Notes: generated by a model from the sequence alone, not told the origin. A stretch of 64,000 bases of DNA from a virus (IMGVR_UViG_3300028274_000008:2618-66617), one strand, 5' to 3'; shown: positions 20,650 through 30,565, numbered from the stretch's first letter. Translations and numbers: made by a program.

Positions 20650-20951
20650 AAAGAATTCCCCTCTATTTTAAAAGCATCTATAGTAAAATTAGCATATTGG
20701 GGCTTATTTACCTTATCCAGCAATAGGTCTTTCATCTTTAATTCGTTATTATGTTTTTTAACAGCCTCAATACATTCTTCTTCTGAACCAAAAATATAAA
20801 CTAACAGCATACCTAAAGACTCAACGTAAGCATGGCATGCACAGCTGGAGTCTTCTTTGTAAACACTGGCCCCAGAACGCTTATGCTTCACAGCAAACAA
20901 GCAGTTCCTTTCCCACTTCTTATCCTGGAATAATTCACGGTTATCAATCAT
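20646..20951 (-). CDS. Hypothetical protein
   Basis: 101-aa ORF with AAGGA RBS, co-oriented with the terminase operon. Confidence 0.5.
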   Translation of the reverse strand: MIDNRELFQDKKWERNCLFAVKHKRSGASVYKEDSSCACHAYVESLGMLLVYIFGSEEECIEAVKKHNNELKMKDLLLDKVNKPQYANFTIDAFKIEGNSL

Positions 20952-21118
20952 TAAATTCCTTTGGTTTAGTTTATTTAAAATAATATTTTTTATTTATACC
21001 CCTTGGGAATACACTACGCAATTTACGCCGGACTCTCGCTGCGCTACGCTTGCTCGCCCGGTCTCATTGCTCCGTATTCCCTGCGGGTAATGGGGGTTGG
21101 TGTCTTACTATATAATAT

Positions 21119-21547
21119 TTATTTTTCATTGGTTAATTCTCCTTTATTCTCCCACTGTTCAAGCACATCATCAAAAGTAGAGAAATCTGATAGAACTGCC
21201 CGGGGGTTAATCAAGTAATGCTGCTGTTTAATCCGTCTAACTAATCCCAAACCCTCAAGGGCTTTGTAGGCCACGCTTAACCGATTAATAGCAACTTTAC
21301 CCTCTGGCCGGTAAACAGCAATATTAGTGTAAGGGTCTCTTGAATCAACCAACTCCCACCATAGCCAGGCTACCTGCTTAGACATAGCCTGAATGGTCTT
21401 ATACAAATGTGGGTAATTCTTAACTCTGGTCTGGTAACGCATATTCCCTCCAATACAATCATAAGATGGTGTTACTACTTTATGCTTAACCTTCCGGCTA
21501 ATATAAACCTCTTCATCATCCCCAATAACCTCTACAAACTGTGTCAT
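21119..21547 (-). CDS. RepL-like winged-helix DNA-binding protein (copy 1)
   Basis: AYKALEGLGLVRRIKQQHYLINP matches the L...GL......Y.INP pattern of RepL-type wHTH proteins. Confidence 0.55.
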   Translation of the reverse strand: MTQFVEVIGDDEEVYISRKVKHKVVTPSYDCIGGNMRYQTRVKNYPHLYKTIQAMSKQVAWLWWELVDSRDPYTNIAVYRPEGKVAINRLSVAYKALEGLGLVRRIKQQHYLINPRAVLSDFSTFDDVLEQWENKGELTNEK

Positions 21548-21577
21548 AGTTTATCCCCTTATTTTATGGATAAACAC

Positions 21578-21605
21578 AGCATACCATATAAAACATGTAA
21601 GTCAA
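21578..21605 (-). promoter_or_regulatory. Putative host sigma70-type (late) promoter
   Basis: TTGACT-16 nt-TATGCT with TG extended -10, reading towards the RepL-like/terminase operon. Confidence 0.5.
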
Positions 21606-22122
21606 GGACTATTTTCCCATAAAAAGTGTGGTAAGAAATTGCTCATAACTATTTGAAATTATTAGTGATTCGCAGATTGGTGACGTCTATATATATATTA
21701 TTTGCGCGTACATGCGCGCGCGTATATAAGAGCATGCTGCGCATACCCATGTTTCGTTACGCTCAACTAAGAGCAACTAAAACTGAACCAAAAAGAAAGA
21801 ACACAAGATCGGTAGATCTGTAACCGATTATTAAGGGTGCGCCAGAGGCGCGTAAAAAGAAAAAGGACCGAGTTTACCAAGCCCGATCCTTTTTCAACAA
21901 CCACTAACCAAAAGGAGTTTAACATGTCCCATGAGAAGACATTAACTAAAACCTATACTAATTAAATTTAACTTGCAAGTAATAAAACTAAAAAAGAGTA
22001 AACTAATTAAAGTTCACTCTTTTTCAGGGAGGTTAAAAAAAGGCCCGTGAGAATCCTTAATATTACTATTATATTATATAATTAACTTAAGCAAGTAATT
22101 TTAATTTTTTGCAACTTTTCTC

Positions 22123-22245
22123 AAAAAATAAAATTTGAGTACACCGGTAGTTCGGTTCCAGGTTTTTGTCAAAAAAATAAATTATGTACAGATGAAGAGT
22201 TTGCGAGTTTTTTAAAAAAATAAAAATTACGTACACCGGTAGTTC
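22123..22245. repeat. Three imperfect direct repeats (45-47 nt period) in the strand-switch region
   Basis: A-tract followed by GTACA at 22139, 22186 and 22231; copies 1 and 3 share GTACACCGGTAGTTC. Confidence 0.7.
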
Positions 22246-22330
22246 TGCTCTGTAAAGAGCCTACAACACAAACCCACCCCCGGGTGCTTAAAACTTTAGG
22301 GCTACGTTTTCATCACCCACCATCTGCCTG

Positions 22331-22350
22331 GCCTCTGGCTATATCAATGG
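22331..22350 (+). promoter_or_regulatory. Candidate vRNAP hairpin promoter (variant loop)
   Basis: GCC-TCT-GGC-TATATCAAT-GG upstream of the first plus-strand gene. Confidence 0.5.
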
Positions 22351-22387
22351 CACTAACGCCACAATCCCTAGCTAGGAGATTACTATC

Positions 22388-22645
22388 ATGTTTCAAAATC
22401 TAACTCGTTCCATCACCGGCACCACTGACGCACTACTTGATACCTTGGACCTTCTTAAGATCAATGTAACTTCGCTTAAAGCCATAAGCGAAGGCGGTAA
22501 CATCAAAGCTGAGGACTTCAAAGCAGCATGTATTGCTGATGCTGCGCTTGCTGCGGACAAGCGTAAGTATGACATCACAAAACAACGTATTGACCTCGAT
22601 GCCAATATGCAAGCGCTTCTGGCCACTCCTAAACCTAAGAAATAA
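22388..22645 (+). CDS. First early gene, hypothetical helical protein
   Basis: AGGAG RBS, 85 aa, followed by a terminator. Confidence 0.7.
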   Translation: MFQNLTRSITGTTDALLDTLDLLKINVTSLKAISEGGNIKAEDFKAACIADAALAADKRKYDITKQRIDLDANMQALLATPKPKK

Positions 22646-22653
22646 CCCTAACC

Positions 22654-22692
22654 AGCCATACCCAGTCCATCGGGTATGGCTTTACTCTTTTA
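22654..22692 (+). terminator. Rho-independent terminator
   Basis: AGCCATACCC/GGGTATGGCT stem followed by a T-rich tail. Confidence 0.75.
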
Positions 22693-22890
22693 CTACACAA
22701 AGAACACATTAAGATAGTTGCTTTAAGATTGCTGTTTAGCTCCGTGCGTAAGAGGTCGTAATTACCTGTAATAACACTGTTATTTAAATGTTTACACTGT
22801 TTAGCTTGATTTAACATAGTTCATCACTCCGACCATCGGTCACTATACCTACCCGACATACTAACACCTTCAGTCTGTATCAACACCTCT

Positions 22891-22910
22891 ACCTCCGGTT
22901 ATATAAACGG
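22891..22910 (+). promoter_or_regulatory. Candidate vRNAP hairpin promoter
   Basis: ACC-TCC-GGT-TATATAAAC-GG; template strand reads C-GGA-G triloop. Confidence 0.6.
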
Positions 22911-23304
22911 ATAGTTGTTATAAAGGCAAGTTCATCCATGTGACATATCTCCGTAACGAGATATATGCACGTTGAACCAGCAAAGCATAACAACTGTTCC
23001 TTTGCTAGAAAGACATTACCGCCGAACGGCAATGAGCGGTAGTATCATGCATCGAAACTATAAATAAAGCCGACAAGCTTAGTGCACTTGGAACTCCCAA
23101 CGCACTAATTCACACCTTGGACCGTGTGTCTTAAATTACTAACCAGTTGGTTAGTCCATTATTTGATTGACCAGAATGGGGAGGTGTTTGAAAAGAATAT
23201 GCATAGCTCGTTGCTTAATAACTGCAAGCATATCACCTAAATCTACATTGGTCTAATCATCTTAAAGCTATAACCTCTGGGCAAGGTTAAAAGAATACTG
23301 CCCA
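22909..23304 (+). ncRNA. Candidate structured non-coding RNA
   Basis: No ORF of 60 aa or more in the track; starts at the GG of a promoter candidate; nested stems and a 3' H-type pseudoknot. Confidence 0.4.
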
Positions 23305-23315
23305 TTAATTTGCCC

Positions 23316-23336
23316 AACCTCCGGTTATATCAATGG
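23316..23336 (+). promoter_or_regulatory. Candidate vRNAP hairpin promoter
   Basis: AACC-TCC-GGTT-ATATCAAT-GG. Confidence 0.65.
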
Positions 23337-23383
23337 AAGTATTAATACTTCTTTAAACTTAAATTAAACTATAGGAGCTTATT

Positions 23384-23656
23384 ATGACCAGTTATGAAGT
23401 TGCCATGAATGATGGCTATTGTACATTATGCGGCGCTCATATGAATGACACATCTCAATGTCCATCATGTGGTTCCATCACTGAAGATCTAACAATTACT
23501 TGCCCTACTTGTTTAAGAAAACATAACCGGGAAGGTGGTGATTGCTTTCTACATTCTTATGAAACTGAATCATCTTGCCCGGCATTTGAGGATCCCACCA
23601 TTCTTGGTAAATGCTATAATTATGCCGAAGTACCTGAATGGGAAATACCTTTCTAA
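23384..23656 (+). CDS. Cys-rich zinc-ribbon early protein
   Basis: CTLCG, CPSCG and CPTC motifs; AGGAG RBS. Confidence 0.65.
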   Translation: MTSYEVAMNDGYCTLCGAHMNDTSQCPSCGSITEDLTITCPTCLRKHNREGGDCFLHSYETESSCPAFEDPTILGKCYNYAEVPEWEIPF

Positions 23657-24121
23657 TTAAATTATATAAGTGTGGGCCTAACCGGGCTCACACATTAACC
23701 AAAGGAGATAGACCATGCGTAACCAAATCGGAGCACGTTACCTACATCACTGCATCAATCGTACTGATAAGTCATTCAATGGCATCATTAACATTGCCAA
23801 CCGACAATATGTTAGACTATCAGCAACTACCCTTAAACGCACTAAAACAGGAGATAATCATACCAAAGATAACAGGTAAACTTAAACTTGCTTCTGAAAC
23901 TTGGATTGAACAGAATAAACATACTTTATGGTGTAACTATGTTAAACCTTCCGGTGTTATTGATTTATCAATGAGAAGATTTAGCCCCTTTTAATGCCAT
24001 CAAACGGTTAAGGGATCATATCATGTAAACTTGGCATACAACCCGTATTTCAATCAAATGACACCTTCCTATGATGATCCAGTGAAGGTTTTATATTTTT
24101 CTAAAACAGGAGACTTAAATA

Positions 24122-24658
24122 ATGGAAAATCATTCAAGCAGTTCAGAAAATACAAAGAAAATAACCAGGTTTTGGGATGACCTTAAATCCGGGCATTTTG
24201 CGTCTATGATCAAGGAATCCAGTAAGGGCAATGCTTTATCAAATGCCCAGGAGGTCTGTAATATCATGAAGCCTTTCTTTGCCAGGCATGACGACATCGA
24301 AAAAATGTACTGTATCTTACTGGATGCCAAAAATCACATCATTGCTATCGAAAAGATGTTTTCTGGCTCAATCACAAGTTCCGCAGTATACCCCAGAGAA
24401 ATTGTAAAAAAGGTGTTGAAAAATAAAGCTGCAGCAATAATTTTGACACATAACCACCCGTCGGGCTCCACAAAGCCATCATCTGAAGATCTTATGATTA
24501 CAGCACGAATTGGAATTGCACTTTCAAGCATTGATGTAACCTTGCATGACCATCTGATTATTGGAGAAAATTATTACAGTTTTTCTGAACAGGGATGGTT
24601 AGAGAAAACAAACCAAAAATATCAGGATTTCATCTTTGCCAGCATCATAGCAGATTAA
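24122..24658 (+). CDS. radC: RadC-family JAB/MPN metalloprotein
   Basis: E..YCILLD, VYPREIVK, HNHPSG...PS.ED and HDHLIIG motifs. Confidence 0.9.
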   Translation: MENHSSSSENTKKITRFWDDLKSGHFASMIKESSKGNALSNAQEVCNIMKPFFARHDDIEKMYCILLDAKNHIIAIEKMFSGSITSSAVYPREIVKKVLKNKAAAIILTHNHPSGSTKPSSEDLMITARIGIALSSIDVTLHDHLIIGENYYSFSEQGWLEKTNQKYQDFIFASIIAD

Positions 24659-24682
24659 ACCCAGTTCAATAAAAATTAATAG

Positions 24683-24720
24683 AAACCTTTTGGAGTTGTT
24701 CCAAAGGGTTTTTTGTTTTT
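24683..24720 (+). terminator. Rho-independent terminator
   Basis: AAACCTTTTGGA/TCCAAAGGGTTT stem plus T-tract. Confidence 0.7.
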
Positions 24721-24745
24721 GAATTAATAACCAAGGAGAAGACCA

Positions 24746-25021
24746 ATGGCCAAAAAGCCTCATAACATTAAATTACAAGGCATCCTTCCTGACGGTCATA
24801 TTGCTAAAACATCTGATGCTGACCAAGTATCAGCCTTCGTATCAATTGACCGCAAAGTATCTGTGGTAATACGCCCAGACAGAGCATTCCTTAGAACTCC
24901 CAAGGGTCACTATCAGCTTACCAAACATAAGAGTGCCAACCGGTACCAAGGCATTGTAGAGGGAAATAAAACCCACATAACCGCCAAAGCAATAGTTGGT
25001 AAAGTAATATGGTGGGCATAA
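24746..25021 (+). CDS. Hypothetical basic early protein
   Basis: 91 aa, AAGGAG RBS. Confidence 0.65.
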   Translation: MAKKPHNIKLQGILPDGHIAKTSDADQVSAFVSIDRKVSVVIRPDRAFLRTPKGHYQLTKHKSANRYQGIVEGNKTHITAKAIVGKVIWWA

Positions 25022-25044
25022 CTACAACAGCTGGAGGTCGAACA

Positions 25045-25065
25045 GGCCTCCGGCTATATCTTTGG
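25045..25065 (+). promoter_or_regulatory. Candidate vRNAP hairpin promoter
   Basis: GGCC-TCC-GGCT-ATATCTTT-GG. Confidence 0.6.
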
Positions 25066-25570
25066 GTATTAATATTAAATAAAGGAGTAATTATTATGGT
25101 TCAATCGTTTTGGGATAGGCCTTCACCGGTTCTTACTCAACAAGAGTTAGAGTATTGTAAAAGTGCCAAAGAATCTATTAGAATTAGGGGAGTAACTAAC
25201 ATATGTCCTTTCAATGGCAATGGCTGTTATACAAAGTGTAAAGCAATGCTACCAGCCTTAGATATCAATAAAACCTGTCCTTGTGGGTCTCAGTATAAAC
25301 CCTTGCATCTTATCCGCGTACTTAATAAGTTAATCAGAGAGAATACTTACCGATTAAATAAAACAAAAGGAGACTGAACCAAATGCCAAAGTATAAAATA
25401 CATTGGACAGAAATCAGACAAGTCAGTTATCATACTGAAATAATTGCTGATAATAAGATTAGTGCCCAAAAGATGCTCTTTCATGATACTGATGAAGTTA
25501 GATCATCTGTTGAGAAAGTAGATGAAGACTGCTTTGATTATATATCTAAAATTAAAATAGAGGAGATCAA

Positions 25571-25903
25571 ATGACTATTGAAATTATGAATTTACGTAAC
25601 AAACGGCCAACTTATAACTATGATGTAAAAATTGACCGTACATCTGTTCTTGGTAATCCTTATCACATGCTCAATGAGAAACAAAGAGATCTGGTATGTG
25701 CTCAGTATGAAGACTACCTGAAAATCAGAGCTGCAGCGGGTCATCTCATGGAGAATAGATCATTTATCAAGGAATTGGAAAGGCTGGTTGAGCTGTATAA
25801 AGAACATAAGCAACTCAGATTGTTCTGCTGGTGTGCCCCGAAACGTTGCCACGGTGCCTCTATTAAGCGTTGGGTACTAAACGAATGCCATAGTACCAGT
25901 TAA
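25571..25903 (+). CDS. DUF4326-like protein
   Basis: IDR.S.LGNPY and L.CWCAPKRCHG motifs. Confidence 0.75.
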   Translation: MTIEIMNLRNKRPTYNYDVKIDRTSVLGNPYHMLNEKQRDLVCAQYEDYLKIRAAAGHLMENRSFIKELERLVELYKEHKQLRLFCWCAPKRCHGASIKRWVLNECHSTS

Positions 25904-25957
25904 TCACTTAAGGGTCTTAAATGGCCCTTTATACCCCCTTAAAAAGGAAATGAATAT

Positions 25958-26410
25958 ATGATGAAAGAATTAATCAAAGAAATCATAACTGATCCAATGA
26001 AATTAAAGATACCTTGTCGACCAATTGGTAAGCTGCAGAATAATGCTTTGCTTGATGAGATAGTTATGTATCTCACTGATACTTACAAAGCTAACCAGAA
26101 GAGATGCTTAGGTCTTGCAGCTAATCAGATAGGCTACCAGAAGAGAGTTATACTGGTTAGGATAACCCAAGGGTTTGTTATTATGATTAACCCGGTTATT
26201 GTACCCAGTCTGATCCATGGTCGGATTACCAAGAAAGAGAACTGCTTAAGCTTCCCGGGACAGGTATTCAGAGTTAAACGATATAAACGTATCAAAGTTA
26301 TCTATCATCCGTATACCAAGGAACCAGTATTACAGACTCATAAATATACTGGTCTTGCTGCTCGTATTGTTCAACATGAGGTTGATCATCTTAATGGTGT
26401 ACTCAGATGA
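25958..26410 (+). CDS. def: Peptide deformylase
   Basis: Motif 1 GLAANQIG, motif 2 variant ENCLSFPG, motif 3 QHEVDHLNG. Confidence 0.9.
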   Translation: MMKELIKEIITDPMKLKIPCRPIGKLQNNALLDEIVMYLTDTYKANQKRCLGLAANQIGYQKRVILVRITQGFVIMINPVIVPSLIHGRITKKENCLSFPGQVFRVKRYKRIKVIYHPYTKEPVLQTHKYTGLAARIVQHEVDHLNGVLR

Positions 26411-26656
26411 CTTTTAAGTGGGAACCAACTGATTCGGGTGGTATGCGAAGAGTCCGAGTATACAATATTTATGAGGCTATTGATTACATCTGGACAAACC
26501 AAGACAATGTAAAAGCTAAAAGTCATTTGCACAGAGATGCTAAAATGTGGAACATACTCTGTCATATTATTGAGAACAGCCCAGATACTGTATTTACTGT
26601 GGAACAGCTTGATAAGTTTTTACTGGTTTGTGAAGGAGTATACATTTAACCAAACA

Positions 26657-26677
26657 GGCCTCCGGCCATATGAACGG
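26657..26677 (+). promoter_or_regulatory. Candidate vRNAP hairpin promoter
   Basis: GGCC-TCC-GGCC-ATATGAAC-GG. Confidence 0.65.
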
Positions 26678-27286
26678 GAGTACATTACGTGCTCCTGTTT
26701 ACATTAAACTAAAGGAGATTACCATGGCTAAGAAATTTGCATTTAACATTATGTCTACCAGACGGTGGCTCACCCGATGTGTATCAAGCTTATCAAACAA
26801 AGATTAGTTGATAAGGATCCTGCAGGGACAAAGTTCACTTTATGCTACAAACATTGGCACCAACAAGAATATAACAGGAGAGGCAACCATGTGTAAGATT
26901 ATCGGATTTACCAAAAGAGTTGATGGCTATCGTACTGCTGCTGGTTTCATGAAAACTGAACTGTTTAAAACTGCTTGTAAACGTACAGCTGCAGACACTG
27001 AAACCAAACTGAAAGACCTTTATACCAAACGCCAAGCCAGTAAGTTCCTTAAAGGCAGAGGTATTGTATTTAACCACTTAAATTAAGAGGTTCTTATGTT
27101 TGATAGATTCTTGGTACTTGTAGGTATTGTTGGTTTGGTTCTGGCTTGTAATGAATCAAACTATTGGGAAGTTAATGTATTGGGTGTCGTGCTGTTAGCT
27201 ACTTCAGTAGCACTCTTTAACTTTAAAAGCTAAAATGGGAGTATTCGCTCTCTATAAATTCAACCATTAATCAAGGAGTATGTAAC

Positions 27287-27568
27287 ATGGAAAAGAAAGG
27301 CAAAAAGAAAGACAAACAACGTGCTGCAGCATGGTTTAATTGGGAAGTTGCCCTTGCAAACGGTAACACCCTTAAGTCTGATCGTGGATTCCCTATCTTT
27401 CAGAATCCGGAATACCCGAATGCTAAAGAGGACATGCTTGTTACAGCAGCTGGTAAGACAAAGAATGGCATTCTTGAATTGACCATGAAAGTTCGTATAT
27501 GCCTCAATGCTCCGGAAGAATCTACCATTACTGCCGATGATCTGTTTGCTTCCAATATCAGTGAATAG
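27287..27568 (+). CDS. Possible N4 gp2/Drc-like ssDNA-binding RNAP II cofactor
   Basis: RAAAWFN...GFPI pattern resembles the gp2/Drc family; located just before RNAP II genes; weak similarity by eye. Confidence 0.4.
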   Translation: MEKKGKKKDKQRAAAWFNWEVALANGNTLKSDRGFPIFQNPEYPNAKEDMLVTAAGKTKNGILELTMKVRICLNAPEESTITADDLFASNISE

Positions 27569-27829
27569 TGTTCAACCTGAAATTTGTTCTAAATCGGTTT
27601 ACTGAGGCATAATAAACCGTAATGGGCTATCCTTAATTGGGTAGTCCATTAAAAATTTAAAAGGAGATAAGCGTGTTTAAATATAAAATATATATTTATA
27701 TTGAGCAAGAACCAGATGAATACGAATGTGTAGAATACAGTGATAAAAACTGTCCTGATGTTATTGGTTCATTTGATACTCTTAATGATGCAGCTAAATA
27801 CCTTAATAATATTTTAAAAGGAGCTAAAC

Positions 27830-28654
27830 ATGTTAAACCAGAGTGAACAATTTGTACTTGACTATATCATTGCTGAAGGTGGGCTCAAAGAGATCCCTGA
27901 AGCTATTGAACTGATTAGACAATACTGGCGTAAAGACCACTATAAATCTAAAAATATAAGACTTAAACAATGGGCTCCTCATAATGCTGACTCATTAGAG
28001 ATAATTATATCAGTATTTACTGTTACTTTAATGGAAGAGACTATTACTTATCAGGCTATGGTTGGTAAGTTAAACCATTTGATTAAAGTAAAAGATAGTC
28101 TTGATAGATTTAAGATAATAGCTGATGTGGTTGCTCTAATCAGTCAAACTGGTTTGATAGACATTGTTAGTCCCGGGCAAGGTGCCAGTATACTCATTAG
28201 TACTGATTATGAGATACCTGATATCCCTGAACCCGATAAGCATGTTATTCTTACTCACCGGCCACAACCTATTGAATCTAACTGGGATCCAGAGCTGGGC
28301 TCAATGCTGTTGGGGCATAACATGAACCATCATGATGAGGAGATCTGTTTACAGCACTTGAACCAATTAAATCAAATACCTTTGCAACTAAATAAGGCTT
28401 TTGTAAATATGTATACCGAGGCGCCTAGGAATGCCCCTAATAGTGTAAAAGCTGAACAACAATGGTATCAGTTTATGCATGAATCCTTTGGTAAGTATCA
28501 AGAGATTCTAAACCATAATAATTATTTCTATTTGGGTCATAAATATGATACCCGTGGTAGAACTTATGCTTGTGGTTACCATGTTACTACTCAGGGTAAT
28601 TCTTATAAGAAAGCCATTATTGAATTGGCTAATGAGGAATTAGTGGAGGGCTAA
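27830..28654 (+). CDS. RNA polymerase II subunit 1 (N4 gp15-like)
   Basis: NHHDEEICL.HLN and FYLGHKYDTRGRTY..GYHV..QG..YKKA motifs (T7-type DxRGR). Confidence 0.9.
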   Translation: MLNQSEQFVLDYIIAEGGLKEIPEAIELIRQYWRKDHYKSKNIRLKQWAPHNADSLEIIISVFTVTLMEETITYQAMVGKLNHLIKVKDSLDRFKIIADVVALISQTGLIDIVSPGQGASILISTDYEIPDIPEPDKHVILTHRPQPIESNWDPELGSMLLGHNMNHHDEEICLQHLNQLNQIPLQLNKAFVNMYTEAPRNAPNSVKAEQQWYQFMHESFGKYQEILNHNNYFYLGHKYDTRGRTYACGYHVTTQGNSYKKAIIELANEELVEG

Positions 28655-29337
28655 TATTATGGAACTACCCTACGAAATCATTGAAAAATTATTAGAGATA
28701 GAAATTAAAAAGAGGTTTACACTACATAAACTAAATGTAAATAAGTATAAAAGAAATCCGCTACATCGAGTGCAAATGCTTAATAGTAAAAAGCGTTGGA
28801 AAGATGCTGAACACGCTCTTACTTGGTTTATGCGAAATACATATTAATTAAATTGGCTAATGAGGAATTAATAAATGGTTGATTCAAGAATTAAAAAGAA
28901 AACCTTTGAAGAGAAGCAATTTGAAGAGGCTCGTAGACAGATTATGGAGTTATGCACTAATGCCTTTGAAGAAGGTAAACGTCAACAAATAGGAATAGAC
29001 AAAAAAGGCTTAGGTTATGGTAGAGTAGGTTTTGTGTATACCCCGACTTATAAAATTATTATGAGTCTTAAAACTGTTAATGAACAGATAACTGAATTAC
29101 TATTGAAAGGAAAAGGTTTATGAGAATTAAAGAAAACTCACATTACTGGGCCCTTACTAAAGACTTGAACCCAGAATTACTGGTTGTAATTTGTATAGAT
29201 GCTGATACTGATCAGGGTGCCTTCGATGTATGTGGTGATTGGGATCAGCCAATGGTTGGTGAAAACTTGATAATCCTTGAAGAAATTAATAAACCTAAAA
29301 TTCATCAACATACCCCTTTATATTATGGAGTTAACAT

Positions 29338-30552
29338 ATGAGATTGTATACCGGTAAAGAGTACTTACAAATAGATATGGCTAATAATTTTGGTTTAGAT
29401 AAATTTCAGTTTGGTGGTCGATTGAAGTGGGTACAAGATAATGAAACTCAACTTGAAGCATTAGTAGAGCAAGCCAAGGAACCCTTTAGATTTGCTGCTG
29501 CACTAATGGCTTACCGCAAGACTCAGGCTGGGCAACCCACTGGTTATTTAGTTGGTTTTGATGCTTGTGCTTCCGGACCACAGATTATGAGTACCTGGGT
29601 GGGTTGTAAAGTAGGTGCCCGTAATACTGGTCTCACTGGTCAAACCAGAATGGATATTTATAAAGAAACTGTTAAAGCAATGGATAAAATTCTTGGTAAA
29701 AACAGTAACTATAATCGTGATGCAGTGAAAATTAGTTTAATGACTCATTATTATGGTTCAAAGGCTGAACCTAAGAATGCCTTTGGCGAGGATACCCCAG
29801 AGCTTGAAGCCTTTTATGAGGCACAGAAGATAGTTGCACCTGGGGCAAGTGAATTGATGCATCACCTGTTAAATGCCTGGCAACCCTTTGCACTACAGCA
29901 TACATGGATCATGCCAGATGGTTTCTTTGTTAACAAGAAAGTAAAAGATATGGTTGATGATAAAATTGAGGTAGATGAGCTTGAAGGCCATCCTTGCTTC
30001 ATCTATCGGCATACTGAGAATGTAGGCTTAGAAGAAGGTATTTCATTAGCTGCTGATTGTGTCCACAGTGGTGATGGCTTTGTAGTAAGAGAGATGAATT
30101 ACCGATGTAACTATGATCGTACAGCATTGAAAAGAGCTGAACGTATGCTACATTACCGGTTATTCCAAGGCATACCTGCTATAGGTGCTACCAGTAAGAT
30201 AGAACGTTTAGCTGATCAGCATCAGTTTATATCTTTGGCTGGTGCACATAACTTGACCCAAGAAAGAGTGAATAGTTATAGTTACGAATATGCTTACAAT
30301 TTATTGAAATTAGTTAGGCAGACATTAGCTAAACCCGCATTTCCAATAGTATTCATCCATGATGATTTTAAATGCCATGCTAATAATATGAATATAGTTA
30401 GACAGACTTATAATGACATATTTGCAGAGATGGCTAATAGCAATATGATTAATGCTATTCTTACAATGATTACTGGTAAACCAACAAATATTACTAAATT
30501 ATCTGATGACTTGTCTGTTGAAATTAGAAGTTCTGAATACTTCCTATCTTAG
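29338..30552 (+). CDS. RNA polymerase II subunit 2 (N4 gp16-like)
   Basis: YLQIDMANNFGLDK, motif A DACASGPQ, motif B R..VK..LMT..YGS, motif C IHDDF. Confidence 0.92.
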   Translation: MRLYTGKEYLQIDMANNFGLDKFQFGGRLKWVQDNETQLEALVEQAKEPFRFAAALMAYRKTQAGQPTGYLVGFDACASGPQIMSTWVGCKVGARNTGLTGQTRMDIYKETVKAMDKILGKNSNYNRDAVKISLMTHYYGSKAEPKNAFGEDTPELEAFYEAQKIVAPGASELMHHLLNAWQPFALQHTWIMPDGFFVNKKVKDMVDDKIEVDELEGHPCFIYRHTENVGLEEGISLAADCVHSGDGFVVREMNYRCNYDRTALKRAERMLHYRLFQGIPAIGATSKIERLADQHQFISLAGAHNLTQERVNSYSYEYAYNLLKLVRQTLAKPAFPIVFIHDDFKCHANNMNIVRQTYNDIFAEMANSNMINAILTMITGKPTNITKLSDDLSVEIRSSEYFLS

Positions 30553-30565
30553 TTAATTGAAGTAT

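Noticed and set aside
22909-23304. tmRNA or tRNA
   Set aside because: No acceptor stem, T-arm, CCA end or tag reading frame found; no tRNA was recognised anywhere in the window
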